Of a DNA stretch of 64,000 bases, positions 54,765 through 64,000 are shown piece after piece. The position numbers and the translations under genes were made by a program. Under the pieces are notes generated by a model. It was not told where the DNA came from and did no database searches. It saw nothing but the letters and a program-made list of their open reading frames with translations. Position 1 is the first letter of the stretch; the number at the start of each line of letters is the position of its first letter. The stretch comes from Octopus vulgaris (lineage: Eukaryota): NCBI GenBank assembly GCA_951406725.2, contig OX597830.1:12524001-12588000 (forward strand), given 5' to 3'.

Positions 54765-57700
54765 CAGCTACCGTGCCACTTTTTGTTTTTTGGGAGGAGT
54801 CTAACCGAATGTTTTGCGAAACCGCCATTGTTGTGTGGTAGTGAAACAATTGAAAAAATTAAGAGTTACGCAGAAGCTACTGGAGGTCGAGACGCTATAG
54901 ACCCACGTGTGCTGAAGCTGGAGAAAATGGAGTGGAATGAAGAGAAGATAACCAAATATTGTGAGAATGTAAAGAAAGGAGGGTCAAGCATAAAAATAAC
55001 CCTTTCCAGAGGAGAAAAAAATGGAAAGCAAGACGGTAACATTCAGAACATTTTGGAATGAAAATGGGAGAATAGAACACACGCCACAGGAAGAGATAGA
55101 GGAAATGTTGGTGATGAACATGGGAGAAAAGATAACGTTTTTTACAAGAGAAAGAAGATACGGAACTATAGAAGTAACCTTTCTTTCAGAAGAGGAGGCG
55201 AAAAATTCCGGCAACATGATGTTGACGGGAGTAAAGTGGACGTTGATGCCGAACTGTTAGGGAAAAAGAATCGTCAGGGTGTGAAGAATCCCACCGGCAA
55301 TAGACCCAGTATGGGTAATAGCCACAACCTTTAATTCAGAGCTGTGGAAGAATGGAGAAGACCTTAAGATTGGCATACTAAGTAGAACGCAACAATTGCA
55401 TTACTGAGGTTATGGTATCGAAATAATGTGCGCGGTAAGCCCAAAATATTACGACGAAATCGGGGAAACTTTGGAATTACCAAAACGGTGAAAAACTGGA
55501 AATAATGTTGGAGGGGAGACCCCAAAATGGTTACGGATGTGATGAAAGAGAGCACCTGAGAAGGAAATGCCCTAGAGCAGCAGTGGAAATAGTGGAAGAG
55601 AGTGTACGGGAAGATACAGTGGTGGGGAAAAATCAGAAACAAACATAGAATATAATGGGAATTTTGCGGAGGTAAAACCCAGGGAACGATAGAGAAGAAA
55701 GTCACCGACGACAGCGGGAGATGAGTAAAGGAATGGTGGAAAAAACTCAACCCACGACGAGAAATGGAGGAAATTTACCAGTGGAAGTACCAGCAAATGA
55801 ATTAGAAGTACAGAGTCATTCAACCAGAGATAATGCAACCCAGAATTACGGAAACCTAAAAACATAGTCACACAGACGAAACACGTAAAGTTACAGTCAA
55901 ACGAACACACAGACACGCAAATACACGAACACACAGACTTAGAGACGAAAATACAAGAACCCACAAAGCAGCAGGAAAATAGAAACAAAAAGGGACAACA
56001 TAAAAAACACGAACAAAAAGAAAATTGTAGTGAGATAGGACACCCCAACGTAAAAGATTGTAAGAGTGAAAAACATTGTGAGAGACAAAAGAGGTAAGTC
56101 GATATAATCATGTAGAAACTATAACTGAGGAAACTGTTTATTTGAACTTTTAAGGAAAAAAAGGAAAAACAAGTAAATTTTGTAATGGTTGAATGAACAG
56201 ATTTCCCATTTTTTTTAAATATTGTGATACTTTAGTTAAAGAAGGTGGGGGAAATAAGAAATAAATCCTCTATGAACAATTGGTTAAAAGGTGTGAAAAT
56301 TGTAAGGCAAAAGCGAAAAGGGAAGTCGCGGTTTCGGAGCGAGGCTAGAGGTTGTCTAAAAGTTTAAGTAAAAAGGAATCCACGGTTTCATCTCGCAGCG
56401 GGAGCGAGATGGCCGTCTCATTTGCATTGTAAATATATTCATTTCACATTCATCCTTCATATATTTTATGTTCCCGCATGTCTTTGTATGTCCCCTCTGT
56501 AATTAGGCCTTGTGCCTGTAATAAAGAGTCAAGCTAGCAAGCCACGCCCTTTTGTTGTTTTTTGAAGAATTCGAAACGAAATTTTTTGTGCGAAGCCACA
56601 ATCGTTGGGTGGAAGCGAATAATTGAAATGAAAATTTACGTGGAAGCTACCGGAGGTTGAGATGCTATAGACTCGCGTGTCCTGAAGTCGAAGCGGATGG
56701 AGTGGAATGAAGAGAAGATAGCAAAATATTATGGCATGATAGAAAAAGAAGGGTCAAACATAAAAATGACCCCGCCAGAGGAGGAAAAAATAAAAATGGA
56801 AAGCAGAACGGTGATATTCAGAACATTTTCGAATGAAAATAGGAGAATAGAGCACGCACCGCAGGAAGAGATAGAGGAAATATTGAAGGAACAAATGGGT
56901 GAAGGAATAACTTTCTTTACAAGAGGAAGGAAATACTCGACTATAATAGTCACCTTTGCATCAGAAGAAGAGGCGGAAATGAATGATAACAGACTGATAC
57001 TGGGAGAGAAATGGACGGTGGTGCCGAACTGTTTGGGCAAAAGAATCGTAAAGGTCAGGGTGGGATGAATCCCACCGTCGATAGACCCAGAATGGGTAAT
57101 AGTAGCAACGTTTAATTCAGAGCTGGTGAAGGGAAGTGAAAACCTGAACATTTGCATAGTACGCAGAACACAATTGAATTGCTGAGGTTATGGTATCGAA
57201 ATAATTTGCACAGGAACCTTAGAATATTACGACGAAATGGCGGAAACTGTGGAATTACAAAACGGTGAAAAGCTGGAAGTAATTTTGGAGGAGAAACCCC
57301 CCACCAAAATGTTACTAATGCTGTGAAAGATTGCACCTGAGAAGGAAATGCCCTAGAGCAGCAGTAGAAATGGTGGAAGAGAGTGTACGGGAAGATACAG
57401 TGGTGGAAAAAAGCAGAAGCAGAGAATAGAATATGATGGCAATTTGGCGGAGGTAAAACCCCAGGGAAAGAGAGAGAAGAAAGTTACCGACGATAGCAGA
57501 AGAGAAGAAGTGTAAAGGAATGGAAGAAGAAACCCACGACGAGAAATGGAGAAAATTTACCAGCGGAAGTACCAGCAAATGAATTAAAAGAACAGAGTCA
57601 TGTAGACCAGAAACAAGACAACTCAAAAGTACGGAAACCTAAAAACAGGGATACACAGACGAAACACGTAGAGTTTCAGTCAAACGGACACACAGACACA

Positions 57701-59400
57701 CAAAAACACGAACACACAGACTGTTCCTGCTGTTTTGTGAGTTCTTGTATCAAGAACTCACAAAACAGCAGGAAAATAGAAACAAAAAGAGACAACATGA
57801 AAAACACAAACAAAAGGAAAAATATCGTGAGATAGGACACTCCAACGTAAAGGAGTGTAAGAGTGAAAGACATTGTGAGAGACAGAAGAGATAAGTCGAT
57901 ACAATTTTGTAAAGACTGTAACTCAGAAAATATTTATTTATAAAAAAAAGGGAAAACAAGTCATTTTGCAAGTGTCGAATGAATAGGTTTCCAAAGTGTT
58001 TTTTAAAAGATGTGTTATACATTTGATGAGTGGACCACAAGCGTTCTCGTCTCTCTTGAATGCTACGAGAAATTTATTGCTCCTATCCGACAAGGGGGAG
58101 GGGCTTGGTGGTCTTATTCAGGAAGAACTTGGACTTACAAGTAAGTTCTGTCTTTCTGGACCCAGAAGGTAGGCTAGTCGTCCTGCATGTAACCCACGTT
58201 AGTAAGCAGTCCTTCGGGTTGGTAGATGTCTACGCTCCTAATGAGCGTGGGCAGTCTGGATTTTTTCGAGACCTGGAGCAATTTCTAGTGGCGACAAAAA
58301 CGGTAGTTCTGTTAGGGGACTTTAGCACTAACCTCGGTTGGATAGTGTTGGCTCGAGTGATAGGAAGGGAATTCTGGTTTCAAGGGTCTACTAGAGAGCT
58401 ATAATCTAGTAGACCGTTACAGACTGGATGAGCCGAGCGTTCCACAGTGGATGTGGAATAATAACGACGGCTCACGAAGATCTTACATAGATAGAGTATT
58501 CGTTAGGCAAAGAGATAGAGATACTTTTAACTGTCCACGATTTTTTAGTGTACCTTACATGGATCACAAACTTGTGACGTGTGAGATACGCGTAGATAAA
58601 TGTCATAGACAGGGACCCGGGTACTGGAAAATGAACAAGTCTATTTTGACTTGTAAAGACTTCCATGCCCGGATCAAGGAGTTAGTACAGAGGGCACTAT
58701 GTAACGCCATCATTAATAATAGATGGTGGCACACTCACAAAAGAGGCATCCGTTTGGAATCCATTAAATTTAGTAAGCAACTAAGTTTAGATAGAACTAG
58801 AATAGAGGGTGATTTCGTGGAGAAACTTGTAGGGAAGGCACAGACATGTGCAATCCCAGGTAGGTCGATCAAGGATAATCTTCACCTTATCCGTTACACC
58901 TTAAATAGGATTTGTAAATTATCCGGCAGAAGTGGGACAATGGTCTATTTAAATCAAAGTAAAACGTTTGATAGGGCAGACCATCGGTACCTGGCGGCGG
59001 TCCTCGAAGTGGCTGGGCTGGGCCCGGGATTTCGCGGGTGGATCTCCGCCATGTATAGTGGCATCAAGTCCACAGTCCAGATAAACGGTTACCTGACGGA
59101 GCCGTTTTCGATCAAGCGCTCCGTTCGTCAAGGATGTCCCTTATCTCCGCTTCTGTACGTGTTGGCGCTCGAGCCATTGCCGCGGAAGTTGGAGAAATTG
59201 GGATGCAACCCTAATAAAATCGGATGCCGTAAGTCTGTTTCTGCTTCAGTGGATGATGTCACCTTCATCGTGCCAACGAAGCAGAGCTCCCTCGTGTAGA
59301 AGATACTCTCAGAGGATACGGAGCGGTGGCAGGAGTAAAAGTTAACAAGGACAAGTCCATCGGCTTGCGCCTCGGAACCTGGAGGAGCAAGTCGATATCG
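54765..59400 (+). mobile_element. Tandem Tx1/L1-clade LINE copies (54765-56528 and 56530-59400), degraded
   Basis: Two copies of the ORF1-like region (MEWNEEKI...FFTR.R.Y.TI.VTF.SEEEA). ORF2 remnants: GRLVVLHV...VYAPN...VLLGDF, SYIDRVF...DH, WKMN, SVRQGCPLSPLLY, VDD. Confidence 0.85.
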
Positions 59401-60002
59401 TCGAGTGTTGAGAGATACATAAATACACAGACACATACACATATATGTAATCACATGCAGGCATAGATTTATACGGGTGCAGATGTGTGGATATGTAAAT
59501 ATGTAAATATGTGCATGTGTGTGTATGAGAAAGAGTAGGAAAGAGAAAGAGCTACAGTAAGAGAGGGAAACAGACAGACACACATGGAAAATATAAGTAC
59601 TCAAATATGTATGATTTTCGTTCCGGAACAAACAATAAGCCAAGCGTTAAGAAGTGTATTTTATGGATCTCTAAAGAGACTACATTTCCACTTAGTCACT
59701 TCTCAGAGCTTTACAAAAGTTTATCTCACTCATCTCATCAATTTATCCTATTAATGTAGCGCCCTTACAACAATTACATCTGCAAATAGTACACACAAAT
59801 CAGATACATTCCTAGAACGGTTTCATCCCAATGATGATACACTCTAATCCTCTTACCTTAAAAAAACTCCATGAGCTATTTATTATACACCTGTATTCTT
59901 TATAAGCACAATTTTTCAGCATAGTTGCACCCGTTTACCCCATCACTCCATTATTCATTCATACATATACTTTGAAATATATATTCTTTTCTTTCTTTCT
60001 TT

Positions 60003-60203
60003 ATTCTTTTACTTGTTTCAGTCATTTGACTGCGGCAATGCTGGAGCACCGCCTTTAATCGAGCGAATCGACCCCGGAACTTATTCTTTTTGTAAGCCCA
60101 GTACTTATTCTATCGGCCTCTTTTTGCCGAACCGCTAAGTGACGGTGACGTAAACACACCAGCATCGGTTGTTAAGCGATGGTCGGGGAACAAACAGACA
60201 CAT

Positions 60204-60248
<45 letters not shown>

Positions 60249-60411
60249 TACGACAGGCTTCTTTCAGTTTCCGTCTAACAAATCCACTCACAAGGCTTTG
60301 GTCGGCCCGGGGCTATAGCAGAAGACACTTGCCCAAGATGCCACGCGGTGGGACAGAACCCGGAACCATGTGGTTGATTAGCAAGCTACTTACCACACAG
60401 CCACTCCTGCG

Positions 60412-60463
<52 letters not shown>

Positions 60464-60812
60464 TACTTTCATCGTGGAAGAGTTATTTAATAACACTCAC
60501 AAACATTTGAATTCACTTGAATTTTAAGTTTATTTCAAGAGATGTCAATGATCAGGGCGTTGTTGTATGACGAAAGTTTTGACGGTTCATGAAATAAAAA
60601 CAAAATTCAAACTGAATTCAAAAACTTTGTTACTATTTAGGCGCAGGAGTGGCTGTGTGGTAAGTAGCTTGCTTACCAACCACATGGTTCCGGGTTCAGT
60701 CCCACTGTGTGGCACCTTGGGCAAGTGTCTTCTACTATAGCCTCGGGCCGACCAAAGCCTTGTGAGTGGATTTGGTAGACGGAAACTGAAAGAAGCCCGT
60801 CGTATATATGCA

Positions 60813-60895
<83 letters not shown>

Positions 60896-61100
60896 ATGTT
60901 TGTGTGCCTGTGTTTGTGCCCCTAGCATTGCTTGACAACCGATGCTGGCGCGTTTATGTCCCCGTCACTTAGCGGTTCGGCAAAAGAGACCGATAGAATA
61001 AGTACTGGGCTTACAAAGAATAAGTCCTGGGGTCGAGTTGCTCGGCTAAAGGCGGTGCTCCAGCATGGCCACAGTCAAGTGACTGGAACAAGTAAAAGAA
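60003..61100. mobile_element. Head-to-head inverted pair of full-length family-A SINEs (60003-60414 minus; 60639-61100 plus)
   Basis: Both match the family-A consensus; spacer ~225 bp. Confidence 0.9.
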
Positions 61101-61645
61101 AAAAAGAAAAGAAAGAAATGGCTTTTCTACAACTTGGTTGCTTCAGTTTCAACGCAGGGTCTCTGATCACGTTATTTGCTATAGAGGTACAATTCTGTAT
61201 TTGTATCTTCTGGTCCAGAATTAGTAATACTGCCTTGTGTTTGACCATGATAGCCAGCGTTGTTCAGACACAGTAAAGACTCTGGGCTACAGACGAGCTA
61301 ACTCATTTCTCTGTCTTTTTATGATGACTTCTATCACGACATCTGAAACAGCTCGTCTTTCCATCGCTTGTTACTCTTTGCGTATCCATTCTCAAACCCC
61401 CTCACTGATCACTATTCCCAGTCCTTCATTTCCAGATCATCAACCTTCCGGAATCTCCTTCCTGCTCGTATCTTTCCGGGAGATTTTGTTCTGCAACAGT
61501 TTAGACGTAACATTAAATGCCGATAATCTCCGAGGGCCTGCGAGGATAATAGGTTCTGCCCAATTCTCCAAACGCAGCAAATGAACAGAAATATACATTA
61601 TGAATATCATATACATCGTTATTTTATTATACAGAATTATACGTC

Positions 61646-61772
61646 ACAGACGAATGGTGTTTAAGTCCGCCTGAGGTGTTGGAAATTTACGTAATGTAAT
61701 ATAACCTGTTATTACTGCATCGATAAGTCTCTAGAGAAACAACTGTAGCGTACTTAAACGCCATTCGTCTGT
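61646..61772 (+). ncRNA. Degenerate hammerhead closed by a 25-bp inverted repeat
   Basis: acagacgaatggtgtttaagtccgc CTGAGGT ... GAAA caactg TA gcgtacttaaacgccattcgtctgt. Core A9 is mutated to U. Confidence 0.62.
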
Positions 61773-61964
61773 TAGTTATTATAATTTTCGCCGAACCAAG
61801 GATTCACCGATGAATCGGATCATTATAAATGATTGGAAATGAGAATTACCCAATGGATTATTCCACTCTCTGCTCTGTATGATTTTATCCAGCCAATTGG
61901 TGGCACCATATACGATAAGCTTTGATTCGTATGAACCCTTTCAAGTAAAATATATATAAATGCA

Positions 61965-62046
<82 letters not shown>

Positions 62047-62251
62047 GTGTACATTTAAATGTACACAAATTTCATATGAAAAATATATTGTCTGTTGACT
62101 ATTTTATATATGCTAGGCCACTGGTAGAAAAATTTCTAAAATTTTCCTACCCTGTATATTTACATGTGTGTGTGTGTGTGTACCAGAGTAAGGCACATAA
62201 ATGCGAAGAAAGGTGGAAAAAATATTACTAGAATACCAGAGGTAGAGTAAT

Positions 62252-62407
62252 ATGCTTTATCAAAATAAAGCAGCAAAGATAATCACAAAAACTGTTACTC
62301 AGACTTTCACATTCCCGTTCGTCGGACAGCTTTGTTTGTCCGACGAACGGGAACATCAAAATCTGAGTAACAGTTTTCGTGGTGTCTTTGCAGCTTTATT
62401 AATAAAG

Positions 62408-62410
<3 letters not shown>
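62252..62410. repeat. Fold-back with hammerhead-like motif (62292-62329, minus)
   Basis: Minus strand: cugu CCGACGA ac gggaau gu GAAA gucugag UA acag. Arms of ~75 bp are inverted around gctttgtt. The tail ends in (CA)n. Confidence 0.72.
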
Positions 62411-62474
<64 letters not shown>

Positions 62475-62539
62475 ACACACACACACATACTTAGTCTTAT
62501 CAACAAGTACCTGAACTGTTGCCATAGTAACGAAACTAA

Positions 62540-63100
62540 AACATGCAGAGTAAAGCCGTTTGGCACAGATTGACCTTGGCTCCGCTGTGCATGCGCGGGA
62601 AATTTTAACGTTCTAGCTCACTTCCGGTGTTTATAGCAGTGCTTGGAAGGAACGTGTGTAGCGTGTGAACGTCGCATGGACCATGACAGAGAAAGTTATC
62701 GAAGCGATACCTGTTCAGAGGCCTACACAAAGTTGGAGGGGAGTATATGAGACGCACACATGTGTACGAGTGGTTCAGATGTTTCCAAGATGGCCGGAAA
62801 ATGTTGATAGGGACAAACGTTCTGGGAAACCCGCAACCAGTAGAACTGAGAAAACATTTGTAGATTAGTTACGGTTCAGTTCAGTCCATTATCACTGAAG
62901 ATTTGGGTAAGAGGTGTGTGTCTGCCAAGTTTGTGCCAAAACTGCTTTCAGCTGACCAAAAAGGCACTTGGGATTCAGTTGCACAAGATCTCCTTGATTG
63001 TGTCGAGAACGATGAAAACTTTTGAAAATTTTGCTAAGGCCTCTGAGCAGGTATTGCCAAGCTTTTGGCAAACTTTGATGCAGATTCTCTGCTCAACTTC
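62540..63100 (+). mobile_element. Rearranged mariner remnant
   Basis: VYEWFRCFQDG...VDRDKRSGKPATSRT HTH remnant. 63030-63100 is an inverted copy of the 5' part. Confidence 0.72.
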
Positions 63101-63104
63101 GCAA

Positions 63105-64000
63105 CACCCACAATCTAACATAGAAAGGCTATATATACAACGTATCGGAGGTGATAGAGGCCTTATACAGTTAGAAAACTATTACAAAGTAATCGAACTA
63201 CAGAAATACCAGGAAAACTAATACAAATAGCCACAAAACACGAACAAAATAAAAAAAACTGTTTTCAGTCTTTAAGGAAGTTGACAAACACAATAAAGAA
63301 GCCATAGTACCTAAAAATTATGACGAAAAAGACGAAACAACAGAAGCTGTCAAACAACTGAAACCAAACTAAATCTAGAACAACAACGGATCATGATAAA
63401 ACGATGGCAAGAAAAGCCCCTTCATGGCAAATATCGAGTTAAGCTAAAGCGAAAAGAAATAGACAAAGCAAAATCTCAAGAATGGCTGAGAAACTCAGGA
63501 CATAAAGCAGATACTGAAGCCTTCCCATCAGAAATCACCAAAATCACGTAATGAAAAGAAATACAAAGTAACTGCAGAATATGTGGAGGTGGAAAAGAAA
63601 CAATAAATCATACTGTCTATGGCTGCCCAGTACAGGTGAAGAAGGAATATATTCACAGACACGACAGAGTTGGGATCTATATACACTGGAAGCTATGCCA
63701 ATACTATCAAATAACAACAGAAAAAAGATGATATAAGCACACACCAGAAAAGGTCACAGAAAATGAGAAAGCAACCATACACTGGGATATGCGAATACAC
63801 ACATGTAGAGAAATCAAGGCTAATAAACTGGATATAGTTGTCAGAGATCACCAAGAAAAAATGCTTTCTAATCGATGTATCAATACCTACATATGACAAT
63901 GTTTCTCTAAAAGAAACGGAGAAACTTTCAAAATACAAAGATCTGGAAATAGAGGTAACTCGAATGTGGAGATTAAAAACAGAAACAATTCTTATAATAG
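63105..64000 (+). pseudogene. Degraded R4/Dong LINE 3' part
   Basis: HPQSNIERLYIQRIGGDRGL, RWQEKPLHGKY, RHDRVGIYIHWKLC and KYKDLEIEV motifs, with frameshifts. Confidence 0.85.

Overview
AT-rich, repeat-saturated animal genomic DNA. The SINE and LINE repertoire and the microsatellite load suggest an octopus or other coleoid cephalopod; this is an inference. The window lies within a large minus-strand gene encoding a tandem-GAF-domain cyclic-nucleotide phosphodiesterase (PDE5/6/11-like). Five phase-consistent exons were read by hand (53016-53183, 51017-51106, 47298-47435, 21411-21472, 3829-3937). The introns hold R4/Dong LINEs, including one young 5'-truncated copy with an intact RT+RLE frame at 15132-17201. 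They also hold Tx1/L1 and RTE remnants, three Penelope-like (GIY-YIG) remnants, mariner remnants, hAT- and Merlin-like MITEs, and several tRNA-derived SINE families. The most striking signal is a dense set of type-I hammerhead-ribozyme (HHR) motifs, about 15 in roughly 9 sequence families. They occur in the 3' regions of Penelope elements, in short non-coding fold-back elements abutting (TA)n/(CA)n/(AAT)n microsatellites, in a tRNA-headed SINE, and in a five-copy family with an unusual CUGUNGA (A6U) core. Together they suggest a Penelope-dependent, ribozyme-bearing, microsatellite-associated system of non-autonomous retroelements. All folding and alignment was done by eye. Most ORFs in the supplied track are microsatellite artefacts.
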